This document shows, piece after piece, positions 23,605 through 33,724 of a stretch of 64,000 nt of DNA. Each line of letters begins with the position of its first letter. Positions within the stretch are counted from its first letter, which is position 1. The notes under the pieces are model-generated. The model did no database searches, was not told where the DNA came from, and saw only the letters and a list, made by a program, of their open reading frames with translations. The translations under genes were made by a program, and so were the position numbers. The DNA comes from a virus: IMG/VR virus record IMGVR_UViG_3300025887_000010, positions 32,001 through 96,000 of that record, one strand, 5' to 3'.

Positions 23605-25145
23605 CAGTAGTTTTCCTCTTCCAGGTTTTTATAGCGCGGATCTTTTTTCTCTTCCGCGATCTGTTTGTCGATGCGCTCAATATCTTCTTCCGATTGGTAG
23701 AGGACCTCTTTGCGCACCGTGTTATGGCTGATATATTTGCCGACATATGGTTCAGCCTCACTTGCTGCGTTCAGACGCATACTCATCAACTCAAGGTCCT
23801 TCAGTTCGGTATAGAAGTTGTCTCGATTATAGGTGTAGCGAATCTTGCGGCGAATTTCTCGAAACTCAGAAATCGTCATCACCTTCTTGGCGACAACGTG
23901 TGTTTCGAGAAGATCGACAAAGAGCTTTGAGAATTTCGAACGTACTCTTGAGATAAAGCGATGGAACTTCAATTCGTCCCGTGTGATCTGAGACTCTTGC
24001 GAGAAAAGGCTGGTCGAATCAGTGAATCTGCTCACTGGTACGTCGAGCGCCATATAGAGCTTATTGCGGAACATTTCGACATCATCGAGATTTCCAAGAT
24101 CAGGTCCTTGGCTGAGGTTCTCTACTTCAGTCGACTTCTGATCACCTGTTCTGCCGAAGAAAAGGTCTTCGCCCATCGCCATCACTCGGTTTCGTGAAGT
24201 GAGCTGACCACGAACGGTGTCGAATCCGACTTCACGCTTCATTTTGCGAGCTACCTGGTCGATTTTCTGTTGAGATTTGGCAGGCGAAAGGTTGCCCGTC
24301 GAAACGTAGATGGCTCGGACGTCGTGTGAACGAGAAAGCCTGTGCACAATGAGTGAGCTCTCAACCAGATCGAGCTGGTTGGCTACGCGAATGGATTTGT
24401 GGAGAAAGCCGTATGTGATATTGCTGTTCTTGTCGATCAATCCTGAGGTGATCGAACTGACCTTTTCCAAAGGCATCTTGAATGCCACATTTGAACTGAT
24501 CGTTCCATCGTAGACGGATTTGGTGACGTTCAGCATGTTCGAAGAAGAACGAACTTCGCTCGATCTTAGATAGACCCAAAACTCTTCAACAACATTATAC
24601 TCCGAGTCCTGCTCTTCAACGATCCGAACTTTGCGCAATTTGCGAGGATCAAGCTGAGTGAGAGACGAGATACCGTTTTTCGGGTTTTTCGAGAAGTTCT
24701 TCACGTAGCATATGCGAGAATCGACATACCAATCGCGGAATATGTCGTATCCTTTAGACTCAAAGTCCAGCAGATCGATGATCTCTTCGTGGCATTCAAC
24801 TAACTTATCCGCGATACCCTTCGTGATGAGTTTGTCCTCAACAAGGTGGTCCGTCAGAAGATCAACCGTATTCTTGTCCTCTTCAAAAACAAGGACTGCG
24901 TTGATGATGTCTGCGATTGCCCAGTCCACTTCAGGGAAGAGGGAAATTCGACGGTAGCTGTCGATGAGCTCTGCTTCGGTCGTGTCGACAAAGTTTGTTG
25001 GATCAACGTAGTATTGCCCAGCACCTCTGGAAACAGAATCATAAGAGCCATCCTTTTCGAGCTCGATCGTGCCGGGCTGACGTTCTTTTTCGTCAGCTTT
25101 CGCAAAGACCTTCGTGAAAGGCATGTCGTAGCCCATAATTTTCAT
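23604..25145 (-). CDS. gp20: Portal vertex protein
   Basis: WYVDSRI, LDPRK, FLHKSIRVANQL...HRLSRS, YVSTGNL, EDLFF.R, FRNKLYMALDVPVSR. Confidence 0.95.
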   Translation of the reverse strand: MKIMGYDMPFTKVFAKADEKERQPGTIELEKDGSYDSVSRGAGQYYVDPTNFVDTTEAELIDSYRRISLFPEVDWAIADIINAVLVFEEDKNTVDLLTDHLVEDKLITKGIADKLVECHEEIIDLLDFESKGYDIFRDWYVDSRICYVKNFSKNPKNGISSLTQLDPRKLRKVRIVEEQDSEYNVVEEFWVYLRSSEVRSSSNMLNVTKSVYDGTISSNVAFKMPLEKVSSITSGLIDKNSNITYGFLHKSIRVANQLDLVESSLIVHRLSRSHDVRAIYVSTGNLSPAKSQQKIDQVARKMKREVGFDTVRGQLTSRNRVMAMGEDLFFGRTGDQKSTEVENLSQGPDLGNLDDVEMFRNKLYMALDVPVSRFTDSTSLFSQESQITRDELKFHRFISRVRSKFSKLFVDLLETHVVAKKVMTISEFREIRRKIRYTYNRDNFYTELKDLELMSMRLNAASEAEPYVGKYISHNTVRKEVLYQSEEDIERIDKQIAEEKKDPRYKNLEEENY

Positions 25146-25174
25146 GTGTGTTCACCAATTCGTTTGTTTCTATC

Positions 25175-25181
25175 TATTTTA
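25175..25181 (-). promoter_or_regulatory. Candidate late promoter TAAAATA upstream of gp20
   Basis: 30 nt upstream of the ATG. Confidence 0.5.
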
Positions 25182-25200
25182 GACGGATTCGGTATTCTTT

Positions 25201-25833
25201 TTAGACGTATGGATTTTCCTTCCACACTCTCCGAGGAGAGGAGCCAACAAACTTGGCAACTGGAAGAAAAATCGAGTGATGCCACTCTTCCGGTTGCACT
25301 CTCACGACCTTACCCATTGCTCGGTTGGGGATGTAGGACTTGATGGCAAATCGCAGTGGCTTGAGCTTTGAGATTGCCTGCACCTTCTGGTAGTTGATGG
25401 GCAGGCGATTGTCGTGCCTTACCACTTTCGATCTGACATTTCCGATGAGGAACGACATCACTTTCGCTCTCACAACAGGTGGCAAATAGTGAACGTTCAG
25501 TCCAAGAAGGTTCTCATGACTGTCGATGTCAAGAAAAATGATCAGTGGTGCAGCGTCGAAATATGGCAGACTACCTTCATCGAAAAGCTTCGACTGATAC
25601 CGAAACGTCATCATCGATCCTGGAATCATCTTCGAAACTGCCTGACGACCTTTGAACATGACAGCATGCTGAGCGATTGTCGGAGCGGTCGCCTTCACCT
25701 TGTTGTAGTACCACTCTGTTGCCTCTCGAGTCTTCTTCTTGACGTTACCAGCATTCCGAACTTTCGCAAGCTCCTTCGAAACTTTCTCGAAGAACTGTTT
25801 GTCATCAGTACTGAACTGTTCTGTTTCGGTCAT
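25201..25833 (-). CDS. gp2: DNA end protector protein
   Basis: PG.MMTF.Y, LPYFDAAPLI, GLNVHYLPP..R, EW...IFLP..KF. Confidence 0.9.
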   Translation of the reverse strand: MTETEQFSTDDKQFFEKVSKELAKVRNAGNVKKKTREATEWYYNKVKATAPTIAQHAVMFKGRQAVSKMIPGSMMTFRYQSKLFDEGSLPYFDAAPLIIFLDIDSHENLLGLNVHYLPPVVRAKVMSFLIGNVRSKVVRHDNRLPINYQKVQAISKLKPLRFAIKSYIPNRAMGKVVRVQPEEWHHSIFLPVAKFVGSSPRRVWKENPYV

Positions 25834-27596
25834 CGGCTGACTCCGTCAAGGTAGAGGAACAATTCGTCTCTGTCTCGAGAGACAGGCTCCATAGGTCGTG
25901 TGACAACGTTCGTACTATTGTTGGTGATCGTTGCAGAGTTGATATTAGGCGTCGAAGAAGGAATTGCAGACAGACGTTTGATCGACTCGTTTTTCAAAGT
26001 CGTCTCCATCAGATTCATCGTTGGGACCAAACCTGCGCTTCCGCCAGTTGCTTGGTCCAAGAATGCTTGTGTCGGATCCGTTTCCGTTCCAAACATAGCA
26101 GCTGCCAATCGAGGAGATTTCGACGCAACCGCATCTTGGAAGTCCTGAACGATGTTTTCTACCATTCCGACGAGTGCGTCATAGATGAGATCGGGAATCG
26201 CCTTGATCTTGTCCATGATAACCGAGAAGTCAATTTCTGGAAATTCGATATCCTTCACCCAATCAACAAATCGATCAATGTATCCGATGAATTTGTCCTT
26301 CAAACTGGAGACGAATTCAAAGGCCCTAGTGTTGTAATCTTCTACGGTCAGACCAAGAACAGGGTCACCAGAACCAGTGATCAATTGCCAAGCACGATCG
26401 ATGAGGCGAACTGGAAGTTGAACAATGTACAATGAGACGTCGTCAATTGCCTCCATGATGGTTCGCTGTTCTTGGTCGTATTCAGCCTGAAGAAGGCGAT
26501 TCTGTCTCAGCAACTCTTCACGATTTTCGTTCGTCCGTTCGATTTGACGTGTGACATCTTCAAGGCGACTGCGAATTAGATCGATTTCACGCTGATCACC
26601 ATTCACCTGTGCAGTCTCTAGCTCCACAAGAAGCTCGATTCGCTTTGCGTTCAGTTCATCAAGTCTTTCAACCATGTTGTCAGCACCACGCTGGGTTTCT
26701 TCAATTCGACCAAGGATTCGCGCTTCGTCTTTGTCGAAAAAGAGTTCGATCGTGCTATTGAAGTGATCGATGATTCTGTCGAAACCCATACTGAGTCGAT
26801 CGAAACCTACAAGGTTCGTGATGACGGTCATAATACCACCTACCACAGCACCGACGATGAGACCAGCGAACGTACCGAAGACTGGAACGACCGAACCAAT
26901 AACAGCACCAGCTGCAGCGTATGTGCCGACCGTGCCTGCAGATGAAAGGATGGATCCGTCGACACCTGTGAAAACTGCGAGGATTGCAGACGAAAGACCG
27001 TCTTCGCTACCGAGCAATTTGCCGATTTCAGCACCAATGTCAAAGTTAATCTTGCCACCAAGAATGCCTGCACCAACTGCTGCTATTGTGCCAGTTGAGA
27101 CAAGAGCTGCAAGAGCCACAGGAATGTAGCTTGCAACCGAACTTGCGATCGCAGCTCCAAGACCAAGAGGAAGCAGATCGTGAAAACCCAGACGTGGAAT
27201 TTCTTCTTCAAGTGGATTCGGAAGATCAGGTCCTTCACTCTCAGTGCGATTCACGTCTTGATCGTGGAATCGGCGACGCTTGACTTCACCGCCTAAAAGT
27301 TCGACAAGGTTTCCGATGTTTTCATCGATTGATTCGAGAAAGCCATCCCTGTCACGATAGAATCTGTCGAGAACATCCTTTGCCTCACCTGCTTGATCAG
27401 GGTTACGATTCCTTTCGGATTCGATTCGTGATTCCTTTTCAGACTCTGTAATCCTGCGAGTGATTCGATCAGTTGTAGATTCGAGAGTTCGAGTGATTCC
27501 ACGAGTGACCTCACCAAATGTAGAGTCGACCTTTCTTGAAGCGATCGAGGATAATGCTCTAATCATTGCTTCTGGGTCCATGATTGGAAGTGCCAT
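25830..27596 (-). CDS. Baseplate hub/tape measure protein (gp29-like)
   Basis: 588 aa helical protein with Gly/Ala-rich hydrophobic segments and a coiled coil, next to gp6. Confidence 0.55.
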   Translation of the reverse strand: MALPIMDPEAMIRALSSIASRKVDSTFGEVTRGITRTLESTTDRITRRITESEKESRIESERNRNPDQAGEAKDVLDRFYRDRDGFLESIDENIGNLVELLGGEVKRRRFHDQDVNRTESEGPDLPNPLEEEIPRLGFHDLLPLGLGAAIASSVASYIPVALAALVSTGTIAAVGAGILGGKINFDIGAEIGKLLGSEDGLSSAILAVFTGVDGSILSSAGTVGTYAAAGAVIGSVVPVFGTFAGLIVGAVVGGIMTVITNLVGFDRLSMGFDRIIDHFNSTIELFFDKDEARILGRIEETQRGADNMVERLDELNAKRIELLVELETAQVNGDQREIDLIRSRLEDVTRQIERTNENREELLRQNRLLQAEYDQEQRTIMEAIDDVSLYIVQLPVRLIDRAWQLITGSGDPVLGLTVEDYNTRAFEFVSSLKDKFIGYIDRFVDWVKDIEFPEIDFSVIMDKIKAIPDLIYDALVGMVENIVQDFQDAVASKSPRLAAAMFGTETDPTQAFLDQATGGSAGLVPTMNLMETTLKNESIKRLSAIPSSTPNINSATITNNSTNVVTRPMEPVSRDRDELFLYLDGVSR

Positions 27597-27598
27597 GT

Positions 27599-29362
27599 TC
27601 AGCTCCTACCGATTCGGATTTTTGAATTGCCTATTTGAAGTATATTGTTCCGACGAGGCTTGATATTTTTGGACTTCGGACGAGCGAAGAATCGGATCGT
27701 CTTTGTGACGTCATTGAATCGCTGGACTCGAAGATTGCTGATAGAAACCAGACCGGTGTCTAAATCGATTGTGCCAACCTTCTCGTCGATCTTCGCAACA
27801 TTCCCATCGTCATCAACAGTTGTCAGAATAATGTCCGAACCATCTACCTGAACTTTCACTCTCCTGAGTGATGGGAAGATCGTGAACTCGTTCGACTCGA
27901 AGGTTTCGATCGAATTGTGAAAGTCGATTTCAAAGTTGTTGTTCTGCTGAAGAGTAGGCGAGAAGTCCTTGCTCAACATCACACTCACGAGGTTGCTCGA
28001 AACGGTTTCCGAAATACTGTCGACTCCCGCGCTGAACTGACTCAGGCGAAACTCATTGTTGAAGTCAGACAGGTTAGTCATGCCGAAGGTTTGGATATAC
28101 CGACGAATCTCATCAACGAGTGTTGAGTTGCGGAAGTCATTCTGGTTGGTGACGAACACTTCAACATCAACGTCAACACGAGTCACCTCTGCATCAACGA
28201 GTACGGGAGTGATCGCGAAGATGCCGAAATCATTCCGGACCGAATCTGAAATCTCTTCCTTCTGAGACTCTGTCAAGATCGAGGACTCTGTCGAGTTCAG
28301 AGAGATGTAGATGCGACCGGGTTGTTCAAAGCGATCAGAACCAGATTCAGAACCAGACCAAACCGACGTCGATCGAATGTACGGGAATCGATTGCGGATC
28401 ATCACGTCATAGTCGCGAAGTGTCACTGCTCTGTTCTGCACAGTCAAGAAACGAGATATGTTGCGCCGCAGAGAATCGTCAGATTCGTTGTCTGTTCCAC
28501 CTGCAGCCTTGCTTTTAGTGAGCACACTCACATCAGCTGCGTTTGAACGAAGCAGTGAGCTGTTGTCAGGCGTCAGAACGAACTCGAACGAGGTAAAGCC
28601 ATTGCCTGTACTTCCTTTTGTGAGGAACACAACGACCTTAATGATCGCTCCATTCTTGGGTTTGCGACCGATGACGCCATCGCCGAATTCGATCTGGTAT
28701 TTGCCATCGCCGAACTCACTCAAGAAGAAGACAGGGTCATCAGCACCAGTGCGAATTCGGTCGAATGACCCACTCCATTGTGAATACGTGTTGGTGTCAA
28801 GCTCTTCCTGTACATACACTTCGAGAAGAGATACGTCAACACCATCAAAATCAATCTTGATTGTCTCTTTCGAGTAGATTTGTTCGAACGACGTGTATAT
28901 ACCTTGACGAAGATCGACGTCTTCGAAACGGAAATCGTTGGTGACGGAACGATCAGCTGAAACTGTCTCGACAATCGAGAATGGATGGTCAATGTCACCT
29001 GCGTCGAATACAGCACCTTTCGAAATGGTGAACTGATTGAGGTCTTCGAAATCGGTGAGAGTCAACACCAAGTCGACGTTTGCTCTCGACGCATACGAGG
29101 AAAACGGAACATAGCCATAATTTCGAGCATGATTCGAAAGGTTGCGACGCAGTGTTGCAGTATTCGGTTGAGACTCTGCGAAAAGTGTGTTTGCAGAAAT
29201 CGAGTTCTTCTCGGTAACATCTGCAAGAACGGAGATGATCGTGTCAAAGACTGAACCTTCGACATCAAAATCCGAAAGGCTCTCTTGCTCCTTAAGGAGC
29301 TGACGCAATCTTTGACGGTTCGATTCAAAGTCGTGTCCTCTAAATCTCTGTGTGCTGCTCAT
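27599..29362 (-). CDS. gp6: Baseplate wedge subunit
   Basis: DFDVEGS, ATLRRN...ARNYGY, FGDGVIG, GG.D.ES, QNRAVTLRDY. Confidence 0.93.
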   Translation of the reverse strand: MSSTQRFRGHDFESNRQRLRQLLKEQESLSDFDVEGSVFDTIISVLADVTEKNSISANTLFAESQPNTATLRRNLSNHARNYGYVPFSSYASRANVDLVLTLTDFEDLNQFTISKGAVFDAGDIDHPFSIVETVSADRSVTNDFRFEDVDLRQGIYTSFEQIYSKETIKIDFDGVDVSLLEVYVQEELDTNTYSQWSGSFDRIRTGADDPVFFLSEFGDGKYQIEFGDGVIGRKPKNGAIIKVVVFLTKGSTGNGFTSFEFVLTPDNSSLLRSNAADVSVLTKSKAAGGTDNESDDSLRRNISRFLTVQNRAVTLRDYDVMIRNRFPYIRSTSVWSGSESGSDRFEQPGRIYISLNSTESSILTESQKEEISDSVRNDFGIFAITPVLVDAEVTRVDVDVEVFVTNQNDFRNSTLVDEIRRYIQTFGMTNLSDFNNEFRLSQFSAGVDSISETVSSNLVSVMLSKDFSPTLQQNNNFEIDFHNSIETFESNEFTIFPSLRRVKVQVDGSDIILTTVDDDGNVAKIDEKVGTIDLDTGLVSISNLRVQRFNDVTKTIRFFARPKSKNIKPRRNNILQIGNSKIRIGRS

Positions 29363-29745
29363 AGGACTCTCCTCAAAGTGCTTTCGTACGTGTAAATCTT
29401 TCGAGTTTCGATGAACTCGAACTCAACTCTGATGCTCAGATCAGCACTGGATTGCGTAACCACAATATCCTGAACTCGGATTCGTGGTTCAAATCGTAGC
29501 GTATTGCGAATTTTTGATCGAACGACATTCCGCTCGTGGGTGCCAAAGTTTTCGAACAGAAGTGACCGTAGACCAGCACAAACTCCAGGTCTTCCAATAA
29601 GAGCATCTTCGTCCTGCATCAACAGCAGATCGATATGTTGGAAAATCGATTCGCGATTCTTCTTCGTTTTCAAATCTCCACTGATGGGATTCGATTCGAA
29701 ATTGCCGTCTATGTCGATGACAGACTCTTTGAACTTATTCGACAT
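29359..29745 (-). CDS. gp25: Baseplate wedge subunit (sheath initiator)
   Basis: NPISGDL, L..LLFE, FEPRI. Confidence 0.88.
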   Translation of the reverse strand: MSNKFKESVIDIDGNFESNPISGDLKTKKNRESIFQHIDLLLMQDEDALIGRPGVCAGLRSLLFENFGTHERNVVRSKIRNTLRFEPRIRVQDIVVTQSSADLSIRVEFEFIETRKIYTYESTLRRVL

Positions 29746-30208
29746 TGTCGATCACCTCTGCATCTTCTCGATCTTCTCGCTCTTTCATCGTTGATCGATC
29801 TTTCAGTGCTTCACGACCACTCATGATGAGAACGTTGGTAGTCGAACCTTTCGTACCTGATCCATTAGGTTCGGTAGTGCCTTGTGGCTTCTTCTGAGCT
29901 TTCGCTTCATTGATTCGCAGAAGTTGACCATTTGCACCTGACAGTGTGTTCAAAAGAGTCGCAATCGTTTCGAAATACCGAGGACTGCCAGTCTGTTCAC
30001 CAAGCAGTTGAAGAGATTGGATTGCGTCACGCACGGTGTTAGTCGTGAACTCGAGGTTCTTCTTGACGATTTTCGTTTCTTCGTCATCGTCCTGAGAAAT
30101 CACAATCGTCACTGCTGGCAGCTTCTCGACATCAACAGTCGCGGATGGAGTACCACTCTTCAGTAGTTCCATCAACTCGTTCCTTTGATCTGATTTCTCG
30201 TTCGACAT
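29735..30208 (-). CDS. gp16: Terminase small subunit
   Basis: A...L..LGEQTGSPRYFETIATLL.....N..L followed by TNVLIM, as in T4-like gp16. Confidence 0.72.
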   Translation of the reverse strand: MSNEKSDQRNELMELLKSGTPSATVDVEKLPAVTIVISQDDDEETKIVKKNLEFTTNTVRDAIQSLQLLGEQTGSPRYFETIATLLNTLSGANGQLLRINEAKAQKKPQGTTEPNGSGTKGSTTNVLIMSGREALKDRSTMKEREDREDAEVIDNVE

Positions 30209-30209
30209 T

Positions 30210-30464
30210 CTACACGGCCTTGTGTTTCATTAGGACAGTCATAAAGTCCTCTCCAAAAAGGTGGCCCATGATCTCTTCGATCAACATCTCACGATCACGT
30301 TTTTGCGAATCGACGGCTTCGTTGTCGACGCCGATTTTGCGAGCATACCCAGCGAGAGCCTTAGTGTCCCAATCTTTGATCCTGTTGTACTCTGTGACCT
30401 CTTTAGACTCATAAGCTTCCATTACTTCGGCAATGGCTTCGTTCAAAAGTTTCAGTGTGTTCAT
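30210..30464 (-). CDS. Hypothetical protein, candidate internal head protein
   Basis: MNTLKLLNEAI N-terminus; similar to 34341-34484. Confidence 0.6.
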   Translation of the reverse strand: MNTLKLLNEAIAEVMEAYESKEVTEYNRIKDWDTKALAGYARKIGVDNEAVDSQKRDREMLIEEIMGHLFGEDFMTVLMKHKAV

Positions 30465-30474
30465 GTTCTATTTC

Positions 30475-30780
30475 CTAATTTGGCTTTCCATTATATGTTA
30501 CTAAGTTCGTGGATGCCTTGTCCATCCAGTTCGAGAGTTCGACTTCAGTTGGGAAGTTGAAGCAGCCAGCACCTTCATTCATGATTGCGAATATGGCCTG
30601 TTTGTGCTTCTGTCCTGTCTGGATGTGGACAACATTCGAGAACTTGACGCTATTGTAGAGCTTCGCTTCAAATCGACCAAGGAACTCCTCAGGACTGTCA
30701 GGATCACCCATAACGATCTTAATGATCTCACCGAATTTGAAGTCGCCAATCGACAGGAATTTGTGTTCTTGTTCAGACAT
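30475..30780 (-). CDS. Hypothetical protein downstream of uvsW
   Basis: AGGAG RBS before ATG 30780. Confidence 0.65.
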   Translation of the reverse strand: MSEQEHKFLSIGDFKFGEIIKIVMGDPDSPEEFLGRFEAKLYNSVKFSNVVHIQTGQKHKQAIFAIMNEGAGCFNFPTEVELSNWMDKASTNLVTYNGKPN

Positions 30781-32275
30781 CGTAATACTCCTCCTCAATG
30801 TCGAACTCCTGCTCGATGTAGCGGAGCATTCGTTCTTCTGCATGGTTAGCACAATATGACTGGTTATTCGGTCCAAGTTCAAGATCATCGAAAATGTCGT
30901 AGATGTCTACAGAGTCCTTATCTTCAGAGACTCTCAGATATCGACCGACTGTTTGGATGACAGTAATCTTCGATTTGACAGGTGATGCCAGAACTCCAAC
31001 GTTGAGATTGTCGATGCTCACACCTGTTGAGAGTGTCGCATATGTCGCAAAGAGCTTGACACCTTTGCCTTCGTTTGCTCGTTTCTTTGCAAACTCGCGA
31101 TCTGCACCCTTGATCCCGCCATGAATGACGTAGACCTCTTCGTCAGGGTACAGCTTACGATAGAGATCGACAAGTCGTTTACCATGCTTCTTGAAGCGGA
31201 AGAGAATGAGAACGTTCTCATCCTTGTCGCGATTCTGAATGATGTCAAAAATTGCTCTATCTCGTGCCTTGATGGCAAGAAGAAACTTGATCTCATCCAT
31301 ATACTCAAGACGATTCTCGAAAAGATCAGGACGATCAGCGCGAATACGATCATAACCAAATCGAGAAGAGATGACCTTAAGCTTCGCACTTCTTCCTCGA
31401 TCGATCAGCTCCTTTGTAGTAGTCGTCTTGATGATTGGACCGAAGAGTCCACGAAGAACGAGTTCAGCTGTCTTTGAATCACGGAGTGATCCTGAAAGAC
31501 CATTTCGATGATGAGCATTCTGACACTTCTCCATGATTCCACGAATGGACGCAGATTCGGCAAGGTGGACTTCGTCAACGACGACAGAATCGAAGCACTG
31601 AAACCATTCAGGCTCCAGCTTGAAGATCGATTGCCATGTCGTGATGGTAATCTTCGCAGAGTTGTCCTTAGAACCGCGCAGTTTGTGAATGTCTTCTTCA
31701 TCAATGCCGAATTCAATCAGGTCTTCGTACGTCTGATTGAGAAGCATAATTGAAGGAACGACCACAAGGATGTTGTTGTCGAATATGCGAGCATGAAGAC
31801 AATATGCGACGTAGAGATAGATGATGAACGTCTTGCCAGAATTGGTAGGCGATTCGATCAAGCGTCTCTTTCCGCAGATCATCTGGATGGCAGCTTCTAT
31901 CTGATATTCGTCAGGTTCGAAGGGGAAAGTTTGTTTCTCGAACCATTCCATGAAGTCAGAGCGAAGGTTTTCTGGTCCATTGAAATTGTGGATGTATACT
32001 TCTCCAAAATCCTCCGATTTGAGTTTGTCGTAGATGTCCTTAACGAGACCAGTGTAGATTTTCTTCGAACGACGATCGAACATTCGAATTTTTCCATCCC
32101 ACTTGCCTTTCTTGTATCTCGGCTGGAATTGTGCTCCAGGCACATTGAATGTGAACTCATCGGAGAGAGCCATCTCAACCGCATGGTTGTTCGTGACCAC
32201 TTCTATGTGGACGGGATTCGAACAGTCGAGGATTGTCTGGAATTCGGAGCTTTTCATATATATTTTACCACTCAC
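30773..32275 (-). CDS. uvsW: SF2 DNA/RNA helicase
   Basis: FTFNVPGAQF, WDGKIRMF, PTNSGKT, DEVH, GLSGS, STGVSI.NL, QTVGR.LR. Confidence 0.95.
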   Translation of the reverse strand: MSGKIYMKSSEFQTILDCSNPVHIEVVTNNHAVEMALSDEFTFNVPGAQFQPRYKKGKWDGKIRMFDRRSKKIYTGLVKDIYDKLKSEDFGEVYIHNFNGPENLRSDFMEWFEKQTFPFEPDEYQIEAAIQMICGKRRLIESPTNSGKTFIIYLYVAYCLHARIFDNNILVVVPSIMLLNQTYEDLIEFGIDEEDIHKLRGSKDNSAKITITTWQSIFKLEPEWFQCFDSVVVDEVHLAESASIRGIMEKCQNAHHRNGLSGSLRDSKTAELVLRGLFGPIIKTTTTKELIDRGRSAKLKVISSRFGYDRIRADRPDLFENRLEYMDEIKFLLAIKARDRAIFDIIQNRDKDENVLILFRFKKHGKRLVDLYRKLYPDEEVYVIHGGIKGADREFAKKRANEGKGVKLFATYATLSTGVSIDNLNVGVLASPVKSKITVIQTVGRYLRVSEDKDSVDIYDIFDDLELGPNNQSYCANHAEERMLRYIEQEFDIEEEYYDV

Positions 32276-32293
32276 GCCGAGTTAAAATCTACG

Positions 32294-32566
32294 ATGAAGA
32301 TTGCACTCAAAAATGCTCTACCATACTTGATATGTCCGCCATTTATAGTGAACGACGAATTCGCAGAGTATTGCAAAATTCTCGAGAGTGATGGAGAGAT
32401 CGAGCATCAGATCATTCCGAGATGGTGCTTTCACGAGAGATTCGACGACGTGTCATTCGAACAGTGGAACATTGTTCTTATCTCAGCAGAAAAGGAGCAA
32501 ATAGCGAGATTGCTCCTTTCCAGATGTCTGATAGCCACTCATGCGTGGCGATTCAAGATCACATGA
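32294..32566 (+). CDS. Possible small opposite-strand hypothetical protein
   Basis: 90-aa ORF with phage-like codons but no clear RBS; overlaps a minus-strand terminator. Confidence 0.3.
   Translation: MKIALKNALPYLICPPFIVNDEFAEYCKILESDGEIEHQIIPRWCFHERFDDVSFEQWNIVLISAEKEQIARLLLSRCLIATHAWRFKIT
32491..32519 (-). terminator. Intrinsic terminator
   Basis: AAAGGAGCAA/TTGCTCCTTT 10-bp stem. Confidence 0.55.
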
Positions 32567-32574
32567 CGATTAAT

Positions 32575-33045
32575 TCACTGATCAATTGAGACGGTATTCG
32601 TCGTATCCCAGTAGACGCGGAACACATATTGATCGATGTCGAACCAGAATTGGCGTCGGTCGCCCAATCCTCGATCAGCAAATCATCTGATGCGCCAAGA
32701 CTTCGTCGAAGGTATTGTTTAGAATCTTCACGAAGTCTTGATCTTATTCGTGTATTTCTGAAGAACGGCCGTGACCTTCTTCAGGTCGGCTTTCGAAATC
32801 GTCGACTATGAGAACGTAGACATAACGGACACGATTGCCTCGAAAACGCTCTCCTTCTTTGACTCGTCAAACTTGAGGTGGGAGTACGCAGCAAATGAAG
32901 ATGCTGGTGCTGATCCCCACTGAATACTGACACCAAAGGGATTCACTTTCAGGACCTTTCCTTTGGCTCCATCTTTCTGGAATTCCCCTCCGTCCGAGAC
33001 CAGAATGTCCCCGACCTTTACGCTGTCTTTGCTAGGTTTCTTCAT
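32575..33045 (-). pseudogene. 79-aa ORF (32806-33045) followed by interrupted coding-like sequence
   Basis: The in-frame TAG is followed by phage-like codons, with further stops or compensating frameshifts down to 32575. Confidence 0.4.
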
Positions 33046-33048
33046 TTC

Positions 33049-33444
33049 TCATCTTCCTATAATTTCCTCGACAGCGATTTTCGCCTTTCGTGCTCTTCTT
33101 ATCATATCTGCAGTTCCCGGACCACCCGGAAACGCAATCACCAAATCTGGCTTTTCTTCATCCAACATTTGTTGGTTTCGTATAGAACCAGCACGATTTC
33201 CGTACTTGCCCCAATCAGCAGGGTAAGGACGAACGGTTACCCAATTGGTTACTGCCCATTCATCCGCAGCTCTATCAACACATTTAGCATCGCCATGGAT
33301 GATGACGAGATCAGGTCGTGGAAGCCATGAAGGGTTCGAAATATCTCCAAACGACTTTCCACCTAACTGATCGAGTGTGGAATAGACCAAATCGTGATCT
33401 ACGTGAGTGTGCGAACCAGTAATGAGAACTCGAAATTCCTTCAT
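33049..33444 (-). CDS. SLOG-family DUF2493 (YspA-like) protein
   Basis: RVLITGS, IIHGDA..VD..A..WA, YPADW..YG..AG.IRNQQML, AFPGGPGT.DM. Confidence 0.85.
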   Translation of the reverse strand: MKEFRVLITGSHTHVDHDLVYSTLDQLGGKSFGDISNPSWLPRPDLVIIHGDAKCVDRAADEWAVTNWVTVRPYPADWGKYGNRAGSIRNQQMLDEEKPDLVIAFPGGPGTADMIRRARKAKIAVEEIIGR

Positions 33445-33668
33445 GATGTTTCAACAACCTCGAAGTCACCAAACTCACCACCGAGTAGTGAGCCAGGAAG
33501 GTGGACAACTACTTTAATCTCTTCACCATTCATGTCGACATTTACCAACCAAATAAATCGGATTGACGGATCTGGGTTGGCACTGAGGAACTCATGGCTA
33601 ATCATGTTGTCCTTAAGGAACGATGCTGCTCCTTGGGATGTGTCAGGATATGTTGCTGCAGTTATCAT
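33441..33668 (-). CDS. Hypothetical protein
   Basis: AAGGAA RBS; promoter at 33693-33721. Confidence 0.65.
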   Translation of the reverse strand: MITAATYPDTSQGAASFLKDNMISHEFLSANPDPSIRFIWLVNVDMNGEEIKVVVHLPGSLLGGEFGDFEVVETS

Positions 33669-33692
33669 GATGATTTCCTTTGTTATAGATCA

Positions 33693-33721
33693 AATATAAC
33701 AAATTCTATGCTAAATGTACA
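33693..33721 (-). promoter_or_regulatory. Early promoter (TGTACA-N17-TATATT)
   Basis: Motif match. Confidence 0.65.
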
Positions 33722-33724
33722 ATA

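Noticed and set aside
32255-32267. TAAAATA late promoter giving a leaderless uvsW transcript
   Set aside because: Only 3 nt separate the motif from ATG 32257, too close for the expected start site; ambiguous.
31793-32293. 5' part of the 257-aa plus-strand ORF
   Set aside because: Antisense to uvsW; only the last 90 codons are retained as a low-confidence CDS.
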